DNA from: Octopus sinensis | Lineage: Eukaryota | DNA: 64,000 bases | Direction of reading: 5' to 3' | NCBI RefSeq assembly: GCF_006345805.1 | Contig: NC_043011.1 | Span: 30,020,464 to 30,084,463, forward strand | In this document: piece by piece, positions 25,630 to 37,242 of the stretch | Layout of the letters: every line of letters begins with the position of its first letter | Numbering within the stretch: the first letter of the stretch is position 1 | Program-made: the position numbers and the translations under genes | The notes under the pieces: generated by a model | Database searches by the model: none | The model's input: only the letters and a program-made list of their open reading frames with translations | What the model was told of the DNA's origin: nothing

Positions 25630-25960
25630 AGATGGCTTCAGTGGTAAGAGCGTCAGGCTCACAATCATGAGGTAGTGGGTTCAATTCGCAGACCGGGCTG
25701 TGTGCTGTGTTCTTGAGCAAGACACTGTATTTTATGATGCTCCAGTTCACTCAGCTGTAGAAATGAGTTGTGACACCACTGGTGCCAAACTGTATCAGCT
25801 TTTGACTTTCCTTTGGATAACATCGGTGGCGTGGAGAGGAGAGGCTGGTATGCATGGGCAACTGCAGGTCTTTCATAAACAATCTTTCCCAGACTTGTAT
25901 CTTGGAGGGGAACTTTCTAGGTGCAATACCATGGTCATTCATAATAAAGACTGAAGGGGT
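25630..25960 (+). mobile_element. tRNA-derived SINE (family E)
   Basis: TGGCTTCAGTGGTAAGAGCG...GGGTTCAATTC head; homologous to 45880-46218 (-). Confidence 0.75.
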
Positions 25961-26670
25961 CTTTATTAAGCTTAATGATCATCCACCCTTGTTAGTCAAT
26001 CCATCGCAACACTTTCATCTAATAAATTACCAATTATTTCCAGGTCCTCCAATGTTAAACAGTTAAGAAGCAAATGTTTTGAGAAAAAAATCAAGCATCT
26101 AGAAAAGATCACTACACTTTCAACAAGATTTGAATGCAATACTAGAGATTAAGAATATTTTACCATTTACAATGCTATCACTGCTTACAGCTGATGAACA
26201 GATAGGTAAATATCCAAAATAAGAGAAGTGAGAGAAAAAAAAATGTTTATTCCATTTGTTGACTTCTGTTTTGTAAATTGTATCCTGTTACACCTGTGAC
26301 ACCAAAACATCTAACATGTCAATATACATATAGATGCACATATATAAATATATATTGCTTACCATGAGCTCTGTTTAATATTTTGAATCCCTATTACTGT
26401 TTACACCCATACATACACACATACATTTATATATATATATATATGTGTGTGTGTATGTGTGTGTATGTGTGTGCGCGTATGTGTGTGTGTATATATATAT
26501 ATATATAAATATATATATATACACATATACAAGTATAGCTGCAAGTGAAAGGTAAAACAGTTTTTAAGCAAATTTAATTATTGGAAGAGAAAATAACACT
26601 TATTTAAAATACAGTCACCCTATAATGCTAATGCCATTACATATACATACATATATGTGTGTGTATGTAT

Positions 26671-26719
<49 letters not shown>

Positions 26720-27312
26720 GAGAGAGAGAGGAAAATATCTTTGAATGAAATTGTTTGTAATTTAATCCAAAAATATTCACACTTTATATAGAAAAAAGTG
26801 CTTTGTACAAAATTATATCTGATTCAATAAAAGATATATGGTTTTATTTTTAGTTTATGCACGAAGTGAAAATTACAAAAGAATAAATTTTAAGCACATA
26901 CACACACACGTACATACACTCACACACACATACATACGGATTACATCATCATCATTTAACAACCATCTTCCATACTGGTATAATTTAGAAGATTTGATAG
27001 GATACAAAGCGGAGGATTACATAAAGCCCTCATCTCTGTTTTAACATGCTTTCTATATCTGGATGCCCTTCCTCATACCATATATATGTACATGTGTATG
27101 TGTGTGTATTCTACTGGTTGTGTTAGGTTTTTCTTTATCTAAAAGGAAGAATAAGCATCAGTAGATGACTGTTCTACCTGTTGACAAACCTTTCATTTTT
27201 CCTTCAAAATATTTAAAGATCTTTTAATTGTCATGCTTTATTCAAAATCTGAATAATTAATTAATTTATTTATTTATTTTGAAAGTTGCTCTACAGCACA
27301 TATTTTCTACTT

Positions 27313-27520
27313 TAGGCACAAGGCCCAAAATATTTTGGGAGGGGGCCAGTTGATTAGATCGACTACCAGTTGCGTAGTACGCAACTGGTAGTTAATTTAT
27401 TGCCCCCGAAAGGATGAAAGGCAAAGTCGACCCCAGCAGAATTTGAACTCAGAATGTAAAGACAGACGAAATACTGGTAAACATTTCACCCAGTGTGCTA
27501 ACGTTTCTACCAGCTCACCA
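27313..27520 (-). mobile_element. Family A SINE variant
   Basis: Family A core and head present. Confidence 0.8.
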
Positions 27521-27652
27521 TCTCTCTACAGCATATATTACTTCCATGAGGTCTTTAGCTGAATCTTTGTTGTTAAAACTAGCTGTTGTGATGGGGTGGA
27601 ATACTTCTTGGCTAACTGAACAAGACATTTGTAGTTCTGATAACTTTCTTAA

Positions 27653-27981
27653 CACTTTAGCACTTAAACCAATCATATCTGGCCAAAATTTTCCATTTGT
27701 TTTATGTTCAAACTGACCAGATCCAGGCTCTCAATCACATCATCGAAATCTCAAGGATATGAGATTATACAGTTCTATATTTAAGAGATGTGGAATTATG
27801 TACATTATTTACAATCTAACATTTTCCTATCCTTCCTTAATACCGGTATTAAGGAAGGATAGGAAAATAGTAGATTTCTAAGCCCTAAAATTTACTCCAT
27901 AATTGCCCAGGGATATATGGCGTAGTGGTTAAGAGCGCGGGCTACTAACCCCGAGATTCTGAGTTCGATTCCAGGCAGTGA

Positions 27982-28013
<32 letters not shown>

Positions 28014-28202
28014 TCGAAAAGTACCTTAAAAATGAGAACCCAGGTTCAAAATTTCCCCAAGAGGGTATATCAGCCAAAATGTTGTGATGAGGAGAAATAT
28101 ACATCAAATGTAAATAATGTATATGAGATAATGCATGATTAATTCAAAACAATGTGAAGCAATATGCATTACATTTGATAGAATAACCTGAACACGAAAG
28201 TG
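27653..28202. mobile_element. TTAA-MITE interrupted by a Penelope-like insert
   Basis: TTAA at 27649-27652 and 28203-28206; MITE halves match 714-912. Confidence 0.7.
27766..28120 (+). mobile_element. Miniature Penelope-like foldback with tRNA-like segment; 9-bp TSD
   Basis: ATATGAGAT at 27757-27765 and 28121-28129; internal palindrome centred at about 27845; A-box TGGCGTAGTGG, B-box GTTCGATTC; same family as 29449-30326. Confidence 0.75.
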
Positions 28203-29105
28203 TTAATGTCTTTATAAGTGTAGTCCTTGTTCCCAGCACTCAATAAATTTTATCTTTCTTTACTATATTTGTATTTCACTGCTTCATCATCATCATTTTA
28301 CTGTTTCTTTTCCATGCTTGCATTGATCAGACCGTTTATTGTGGTAGATATTCAATGGCTCACCTGTTTCCAAGCAACGCAATATTTCCCCATGGTCAGA
28401 TGTGTTCATGCACAGAATATTGGAAATGAATAACACTGCTTGTATGACAGTGAAACTCATTTACGACTATCATAGAATGCCAAAACAAGGAGATACTCAC
28501 ACACACACAGACACACTCATACACACACGATGGGCTTCTTTCAGTTTCTGTCTATGAAATACATTTACAAGGTGTTTTCCAAATCCTTATGAAATGTGTG
28601 TGTGTGTGTGTGTGGTGTGTGTGTGTGTGTGTGTGTATGTAACTGCTACTTCAGACATCTTCAATATGCTTTGTATTTCTCATAATATACATTTTCTAGA
28701 ATTCTTTGATAGACTGTGCACAGTAATCAACTCGCTTAAAGTTCTAAAATATGACTTGAAAATGGAAATGAATCTCTGGTCTACATATTGTATTGGTAGA
28801 ATTGTTGTTTGAACAAAAACAACATGAAGCCCTTTGAAGTTGTTTTTTATTCAATGGTACACATATCCTGAGTGAATTAAGTTTTGTGAGATGACTGAGA
28901 ACATTGTTCAAAAGCAGAAGTTCCTTGTGCTTGTAATTATTTTTCTCACAGTAACATTTCACTGCAGAAATATTTAACAAACCATTCAAAAAGCAGATCC
29001 TGCTTAATCCAAGCTTTTCTGTTAGATTTTCAAGTATCAGGTAAACTAGATTTGAAGATGATGTTGATTGTTCTTAGAGTATCAGAATGATAAATAGGCA
29101 ATCGC

Positions 29106-29331
29106 TTAGATTTCAAGTCCCCGGTGGTATTTTTTCCTAATAACAATGTGAGGAAATCTTTAGTTGTTTTATACCTTTTAATTTTAATTTTTTTTTTAAA
29201 TACACATTTAGAAACACTTGCTTTCTAAAATGTGTATTTAAAAAAAAAATTAAAATTAAAAGGTATAAAACAACTAAAGATTTCCTCACATTGTTATTAG
29301 GAAAAAATACCACCGGGGACTTGAAATCTAA
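29106..29331. repeat. Near-perfect palindrome, about 110-bp arms, 7-nt loop
   Basis: Arms differ only in homopolymer length; loop CACTTGC at 29215-29221. Confidence 0.95.
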
Positions 29332-29514
29332 AAGTGTTTCTAAAATGTCCTACATTTATCTAAATATCCTAAAATATCCTACATTTATTTAAATTAAAAA
29401 CTAGATTTGGTAGAGATTTTCCTTCTTCCTTAATACACTCCATTTTGTTCTATATTTAAGAGATGAGGAATTATGTACATTCAACAGATATTTGTCCTCA
29501 TCTTGTTCGTTATT

Positions 29515-29560
29515 AACACAACGTTTCAGCTGATATACCCTCCAGGCTTCATCTGGTGTT
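29515..29560 (-). ncRNA. Degenerate type I hammerhead ribozyme
   Basis: rc AACAC CAGATGA AGCCTG GAGGGTATAT CAGCT GAAAC GTT GTGTT; U4A in the core. Confidence 0.6.
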
Positions 29561-30228
29561 TTGGGGAAATTTCTAATAACATTATTATTATTATTATTAT
29601 TGTTGTCGTTGTCGTCCAGGTCACTGCTTGGAATTGAACTCAGAATCTTGGGGTTAGTAGCCAATGCTCTTAACCATTATGCCATATGCCCGTGGGCAAT
29701 AATGGAATGAATTTTAGGACTTATAAATCTAATATTTTTTTATCCTTCTTTAATACCAGTTCCCATATGCTGCTCATATCTGCACTTGTTCTGCTTAGGA
29801 GGTTGTTGTGTCCTAGCATATGTGCTGCTTCTTTTAGTTTGCGTATTTTCCAGTGGTGTTCTCTGACTATTAGTTTAACTTCATCCCACAGAAGGAGGTG
29901 GTCTCCATTTTTCCATACATGATCAGCTATACCCAAAATATGAAAACTAAAAGAAGTAGCACATATGCTAGGACACAACAACCTCCTAAGCAGACTGAGT
30001 GAAGATATGAGCAGCATATGGGAACTGGTATTAAGGAAGGATAGAAAAATATTAGATATATAAGCCCCAAAATTCACTCCATAATTGCCCATGGGCATAT
30101 GGCATAGTGGTTAAGAGCATGGGCTACTAACCCCAAGATTCTGAGTTTGATTCCAAGCAGTGACCTGGACACTAACAACAATAATAATAATGATAAAAAC
30201 ATCAAAAAATACCTTGAAATTTCCCCAA

Positions 30229-30271
30229 GACACCTGAAGAAGGCTGGAGGGTATATCAGCCAAAACGTGTT
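30229..30271 (+). ncRNA. Degenerate type I hammerhead ribozyme
   Basis: GACAC CTGAAGA AGGCTG GAGGGTATAT CAGCC AAAAC GTGTT; G12A and loss of the GTT triplet relative to its twin. Confidence 0.55.
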
Positions 30272-31908
30272 AACAACAAACAAGATGAGGACAAATATCT
30301 GTTGAATGTAAATAATGTAAATGATGTACACTCCATTTGTGCTTGAAATTCTAATGCAAAGCTAGATGTTAGCTCTTGATGATCACCTTGTTATCTGAAT
30401 ACAATGGAGATTAATCTGTTTCTTGAACTTAAACTAACAAAAAATTTGAATAACTTCCTGATTTTATTCTTGTTTCAACTAATTAAATAGATTCGATGTC
30501 TTTTGCTGCATAATAGCTTGTGAGTGTGGAAAATGGTACTATGAAACATAAAATGCCCAGGCATTCAACATTTTCTCCATATTTTCCATGAATTTGCCAC
30601 ATGAGTATATTAGTTTAGAGCCATATGCTCATTGGAATTTTGAATGACAACATCAATTTCGTAAGATTGATCCATTAAGTATTTTTAAAGTTAACAGTGT
30701 TAAGTCCTAATCACTATTTAACAACACCCTTTCTTTATATTTTATTTTTACTCTTTTTGTAACCTTTCGTTTTGGCATCTAATGATATTGGCTTACAGTT
30801 GCATGACATGAAGAAATAACAATAATACTGAATCAATATTTTTTGCTAAATTACTGTACTTTACATAATTACAAAATTGCTACACAAGTGGTCGGACGTA
30901 TAATCGGAAAAAACATTCCATAATGTAGAAGCCAACAAAGTGAGATTGATTGCTTTCGTTCGTGAAAGCAACTAAAGGAGTGAGAGAGATCCTTGTAAGG
31001 TGGGTTCAAATTACAAGCGGAAATTCCAAGGATGCTAAAGCAGTGAAAATATTTTTATATTATACTTTTTCTTGATTTTGGCTGTTAAATTGCTGCAACA
31101 TTTAATGCATTTTTAAGAAGGTTCCATTTCACAGTCAAAATATAAAGTAAGGCATTAGTGTGTGTGTGCGCGCATGTATGTATGTATGCATATATGCATA
31201 GATGGATGTATATATGTATGTACATAATACATACAAATGTATATATGTATGTACATATGCACATACATACATATGCATGTTTGTCATTATTCAGTTTTAT
31301 TGCAAAATTTCAGATCCAAGGCTCCTTCATTGGAATTTCAACAACATCAACAAGGTATTTTTGTATCTATGTATGTATTTGTACAGATTTATATGTTTGT
31401 TTTATATGTGAATTCTCATGAATATAATTACAAATCTAGACATGTTCATATATACCTAAATGATAAACAGATTTTTGAAATTCCAGTGATGGATTTGATC
31501 TGTAGTCTTCAGACTAACTTTCTCCTTTCTGGTTTTGAGAAGCCCAGTTTCTCACAATTGGTATTTAGGCAGTGTGTTACATATCCCAATGACATGTGTA
31601 TGTATGTCATTATTCAGTTTATTTCAAGATTTCTTGTCAATAGAGAAAAAACCGGTTTCTAACCTAGATTCAAGGTTCTTTCATTGGGATTTCAACATCA
31701 ACAACAGGGTATTTTTGTTTGTAGTATGTATGTATGTATGTATGTATGTATGTATGTATGTATGTATGTATGTATGTATGTATATATGCATGCATGCATG
31801 CATGCATGTATGTATGTATGTATGTATATATGTATGTATGTCTGTTTGTGAGTGTGAGTGAGTGTGTATTTTTTTATATATATGTACCTGCATATTTATA
31901 ATTATGTA

Positions 31909-32152
31909 CAGTTGTGGCTTAAAGTTTGGAACATTCGTTTAAAAATTAAAATTGTCATGCCCGAGTACAATTTGATTCAAATTTATACAAAATATATATT
32001 TAGGCATTTAATATAAAAAATTCTAATTTTCTGACCTATATTCCAAACATTTTGGCCAAAAAATAATATACTGCAAATTGACCATAACTTTGGGCATTTA
32101 ATATAAAAATTCTTATTTTCAGGCCTATATTCCAAACTTTTGACCATGACTG
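31909..32152. mobile_element. Tc1-like MITE with internal repeats
   Basis: TA-CAGTTGTGGCTTAAAGTTTGGAA ... TTCCAAACTTTTGACCATGACTG-TA; two internal direct repeats of about 58 bp. Confidence 0.65.
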
Positions 32153-32258
32153 TATATAGGCACACTTGCACCTATTTATAGATATATATATTAAATTCAA
32201 ATTATGATGAAAGTAAGCAAAGTTTGTTTTAGAAGTGTTGAAATGTATTGAAAGATGA

Positions 32259-32418
32259 GGAGATAATTTTATTCTCAAATGCAGGATAATGCTAATAATA
32301 TAGCATGAACAGGATAAACTACCCCTATTTTGCAGATAAATGTGCAAAAGGTGGGTAGTTCATCCTGTTCATGTGATATTATTAGCATTATCCTGCATTT
32401 GAGAATAAAATTATTTCC
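32259..32418. repeat. Near-perfect hairpin, about 75-bp arms, 8-nt loop
   Basis: ATAATTTTATTCTCAAATGCAGGATAATGCTAATAATAT / ATATTATTAGCATTATCCTGCATTTGAGAATAAAATTAT. Confidence 0.9.
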
Positions 32419-32422
32419 TTGT

Positions 32423-32593
32423 AGGAGTGGCTGTGTGGTAAGTAGGTTGTTTAAGAACCACATGGTTCCAGGTTCAGTCCCACTGTGTGGTGCTTTGAGC
32501 AAGTATCTTCTACTATAGCCTCGGGCTAACCAAAGCTTTGTGAGTGGATTTGGTAGAGGAAAACTCAAAGAAGCCTGTCGTATATATGTGTGT

Positions 32594-32651
<58 letters not shown>

Positions 32652-32889
32652 ATATATATGTATGTATGAGTGTGTATATGTTTGTGTGTCTGTGTTTGCC
32701 CCCCAAAATCGATTGTCAACCGATGCTGGTGTGTTTATGTCCCTGTAACTTAGCAGTTCAGCAAAAGAGACTGATAGAACAAGTACTAGGCTTACAAAGA
32801 ATAAGTCTTGGGGTCGATTTACTCGACTATAGACGGTGCTCCAGCATGGCCACAGTCAAATGACTGAAACAAGTAAAAGAGTAAAAGAA
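32423..32889 (+). mobile_element. tRNA-derived SINE (family B)
   Basis: Head AGGAGTGGCTGTGTGGTAAG...GGTTCAGTCC through tail GAAACAAGTAAAAGAGTAAAAG. Confidence 0.9.
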
Positions 32890-33089
32890 TACATATATCA
32901 TGGAATTTCAATGTATTTCTATGGATATGTTTTTGTATATGTGTGCATGTGTGCGTGCATGTGTGTGTGTGTGTATGCAGATACACATGAATGTGAGTAT
33001 GTATGTATTACCTTATATATATGTATGTGTATATATATGTGTATATATATATGTGTGTGTATGTATGTATATGTATGTGTATATATATA

Positions 33090-33122
<33 letters not shown>

Positions 33123-33125
33123 ATA

Positions 33126-33163
<38 letters not shown>

Positions 33164-34388
33164 TAAATAATATAAATAATATATATATATATATATGCAT
33201 ATATGGGTACAGGATGTCAAAAACCGTGTACAACTTGAAAAACGAGAACATGAAATACAAAAACATGGAAAACGAACTTTTTTAGCAAGCAACGACAGAA
33301 ACAAATAGAAAAACAGGACAGGCAACATAAAGAACAATCCCTTCATCAGTTGTCCACTGTTTTATCTACTTTGCATTTCGAGCATACGTGTTTATGTATG
33401 CATTTTTGTATTTTGCACGTATGTTTGTCTATGTGTGTATATGCCTTTTGTGTATTTGTGGGTATATGCTCTTCTAAAATACGTTATTATTTGAAATAAA
33501 AATCTCATTATACTGCTAATATATGTATGTATATTTGTGCACATTTGTGGGTGTATATTCTTTTAAAACATTATTATTATTTAAAATAAAATCTTATTAT
33601 ATTGATAAGACAAGAAAGAGAAGAAAAAAAGCATTATTTCTTCTCCATTACACTTGGCTTTTCCAATCTCTAGCTTTCAGTGAAGTAAATTCATTTTCAT
33701 ACAACTTTCATTAAAACCTATAAAGTTGAAAAATGTATAATTTATTACATATTATCTTTGTTTATATTTTTCTTTGATTTGAGGGCTTTTTTGTTTTTGA
33801 TTTTTTGTTTGGTTTTGTTTTGCTTTGCTTTTTATTCTGCTGTATTTTTTTTTTTAATTCATTTATCACGAAAATTGTTTTAATTTTCTGAATTCTTTAT
33901 TCTTTTTCAGAAATAACATTATTTAGTTATACAATAGACAACAAAGTGGTATGACACATAGAACAGAGGAATTGATAAAGACAGGAAATATTCTTTCACA
34001 AAAAAATATGTATACATGAAGAAATCTACACACGCACATATACAGAAGCATAGACATACATACATACATACATACATACATACATACATACATACATGTA
34101 TCCATGCATACATACATACATACATACATACATACATACATACATACATACATACATACATACATACATACATGCAAATATATAGAGGCAATTATGCAGA
34201 AGAACAAATTAGATACATTAAATATATTAAATATATTGAATATAATAGTTAGGGTATGAAATTCAATATATATATATATATATAAATTCAGGGTGAATAC
34301 TTGATAGCTGTAAGCAGCTGTATATGCCAGCTAGTGGTATAGGTGATAGGATATATGTATCAAAAGAAAAACAGGACACAAAGGATTT

Positions 34389-34477
34389 TGCGGTACACAT
34401 GTTTCGGGCTTTATTGAACAACTTATATCAATGCATAATTGACATAACAGGTAGTTCAAAAGCTTTCTTCAGCCACG
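34389..34477 (-). ncRNA. Type I hammerhead ribozyme, antisense twin
   Basis: rc CGTGG CTGAAGA AAGCTTT...AAAGCCC GAAAC ATGT GTA CCGCA; core intact, two A-C mismatches at the base of stem II. Confidence 0.7.
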
Positions 34478-34578
34478 TACAATTATAACACCAAAGACAT
34501 GTATCACATTATAACAGGTTTGAGAAAAAGTTTGGGAAAAGATACAATGTGATACATGTCTTTGGTGTGGTAATTGTA

Positions 34579-34667
34579 TGTGGCTGAAGAAGGCTTTTGA
34601 ACTACCTGTTATATCAATTATGCATTGATATAAGTTGTTCAATAAAGCCTGAAACATATGTACCGCA
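34579..34667 (+). ncRNA. Type I hammerhead ribozyme, apparently intact
   Basis: Stem I TGTGG(34579-83)/CCGCA(34663-67); CTGAAGA 34584-90; stem II AGGCTTT/AAAGCCT with long extension; GAAAC 34651-55; palindromic stem III ACATATGT; GUA triplet, predicted cleavage after 34662. Confidence 0.8.
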
Positions 34668-35769
34668 AAATCCTTTGCGTCCTGTTTTTCTTTTGATACA
34701 TACATATATATATATATATACACATGCAAAATGAGAGAAAGCAAAAGGTGGAGACTTTCAGATGATGAATTTTTGAAGTATAAATATAGAGATATTTGTA
34801 TTAAGCAGTCCAACTTACACAGAGTACAAACGACAGAGAAAATTAAAGGTGTTATAAGTCCAACAGCTGTTTCAGGGGACTCAGAGGTCCGTAATAATGT
34901 TGGTTGATATAGCTCATCACAATATGCAGCTGTATGGATGCAATTAACATCGGATAAGACGAGCCTCAGTCATCAGGGTAAAAAAAATCTTACATTTCAG
35001 CAATGTGGATGATGATGAAGATGACAAAGATGATGATGGTGGTGGTGGTGGGGTGGTAGTTTTGGTAGTAGGGTTGTGGCGGGTGGTGGTTTTGGTGGTA
35101 GTGGTGGTGTGAGGGTTGTAGTGGTGATGATGATGATGATTGGCAAAAGATGCAAACATCGTTGCTTGACCTGAGACTATATAATGTACACGGCACTTAT
35201 CCAAGGTGCTGTAAAATGGGACTGAAACCCAGAACAATAAGTACGCATTGCAAATTTCTAAACCAGACAGACAGCCATGTCTACATCCTTGTAACACATT
35301 TTTTTAGTATAAACACTTTCATGACAGAAATGAGAATAAATCGGTAATAAGAATGTATATACATATAAAACTAATGATGATATAAAAAGAGAGACAGGCA
35401 AAGAGGCGTGACAAAAACTGAATTTTCAATATCAGTAAAGAAAATTTAATTAATATAAATTATAGTCATCAAAAAATAAATAAATAAATAAATAAATAAA
35501 ACTTTCAATGCCGCTTACATTTTTCTTTCTTAATAACCTGTTGCCAATGTTAAAAATTATATTTTTTTCTTAAATAATTAGATTTAATATAAAAGTTTCC
35601 AGCTAAAAGCCTTTGTTTTTGTTTTGTTTTAACTACCTATAAACTCTTACATGCACACATAAAGACAGACATTTTCTTTCCAAATAATTGGTATATAAAC
35701 GGTGTCTGTGTTTGTTTCTTGAAATCAGTTTGAAACAATGACAACTTGAGCCATTGACAGTGTTCACTT

Positions 35770-36350
35770 ATAAGGTCATTCAACCTGCCAGACATAGCAA
35801 CAAAATTTCCCTATTTTCTTAACAAAAGAAGGGTATATTGGAAAATGTAATCCTAGATTTGTTAAACCTGAATACAAAACAGCATGGCCATGTTGAAACC
35901 AAAGACCAGTGCACTAGGGAGCGGCCTGGGGTTAAACAACAGCAGTAAATCTGGAAGTCAATTCAAACTAATGAGCAAGCCTCTATGTGGTTACACAGCA
36001 TGTAAGAAATAGCAACCAAATCACCTTCAAGCAATTCTGTATTGTCTTAAAATAGGAAGGACATATTGGATAATGTAAAGCTAGTTAGATCTTGGTTGAA
36101 AACAAAACAGGATAGCCATGGAAGGAATAGCTTTGATTATAGGTCAACACAATCAGGACTCAAATGGGGCTAAACAACAATACAAACTATAACAACAACA
36201 ACAACAATAGCAAATGAAGATTACTCAATCCAATTTGAGATTCGAAAGTCCCCCTCTACATTGTAGCTCAATCTGAAAGAAATAACAGCTAACTCTCTAT
36301 CAAACTCTGTTCTACTATCTTCAAATGTGAAGGACATATTACACAATTTA
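35770..36350 (+). repeat. Tandem degenerate copies of a retroposon 3' segment with (AAC)n tail
   Basis: Recurring ...AGAAATAGCAACCAAATC...AAGGACATATTGGATAATGT...GGGGCTAAACAACAA; related pieces at about 14945-15170 and 18930-19090. Confidence 0.5.
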
Positions 36351-37242
36351 ATAAAGTTAACTTCTCGAGTCATACTGACTCATAAGGGCTGGTTTCCCAG
36401 TTTCCATGACTTATATATATGCCCCACCTGATCTGTCACAGGGTTAATCATTTTTGCCAGTTGAGAGGATTGGAGCAATATGAAATGAAGTATCTTGCTC
36501 AAGAACACAATGCGTTGTCCAGTCCAGGAATTGAAACCACAATCTTATGATTATGAGTCCAACATCCTAACCACTAAGCCAGTGCTTCCACTACACAATT
36601 TCATCCCAGATATACATACACAAAAGAAAAATTGCATCTTTTATCTTTTACTTGTTTCAGCTAGACTGTGGTGATACTGGGGCACTGCTTTGAAGGATTT
36701 AATTGAACTGATACCAGTGCTAATACCAGTGCTTTCTGGGTCTTCTTTTTTCAAGTCTGTTACCTAATCTATTGGTCTTTTCCTCAAACCACTAAATTAC
36801 AGGAACATAAACAATCCGGTCCTGGTTTTCAAGTAGTGTGAGGGACAAACATAATGACACAAACACACACACACACATTTATGGTATTCCACACAGTTTC
36901 TTATTTCTTTATTGCCCACAAGGGGCTACACACAGAGGGGACAAACGAGTTTGCCACAGGAAGGCATCCAGCCATAGGAAACCTGCCTCAGTAAACTCCA
37001 TAGTAACCATGCAAGCATGGAGAGATGGATGTTAAAAAAGAAACAGTGATGATTAAATGATGATGAATCACTCATTTATAATGTGTATGACAAATTTTTA
37101 GTAATAACATACTACAGAAATATGCCTCTTGTATGATACACTCTTTTAGGATTATTTCTGAGGAGAACAACACAGTTAAAAATGAAAGCAGTAATAAGGG
37201 GGGAATGTAAAGCAAAAATAATAACTTGATTTTCCTGATTTA

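Larger units (their letters stand above)
29449..30326. mobile_element. Penelope-like element remnant: two inverted 3' ends (GIY-YIG C-terminus, tRNA-like segment, (AAT)n, hammerhead), TSD-bounded
   Basis: Minus frame IADHVWKNGDHLLLWDEVKLIVREHHWKIRKLKEAAHM resembles the Penelope GIY-YIG C-terminus; arms about 29449-29852 and 29934-30326 are inverted; TACACTCCATTT(T)GT at 29434-29448 and 30327-30340. Confidence 0.8.
34357..34699. mobile_element. Foldback pair of putative Penelope-like ends, each with a hammerhead
   Basis: Arms 34357-34512 and 34543-34699, about 30-nt spacer; lies between (TA)n tracts. Confidence 0.8.

Noticed and set aside
27910-27985. Possible tRNA gene (ACT anticodon loop)
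   Set aside because: The acceptor and anticodon stems do not pair properly and it is embedded in a repeat family; treated as a tRNA-derived promoter segment. The same applies to all SINE heads.
33195-33385. Minus-strand CTGATGA motif in another putative retroelement end
   Set aside because: No GAAA correctly placed after a stem II, so not called a hammerhead.
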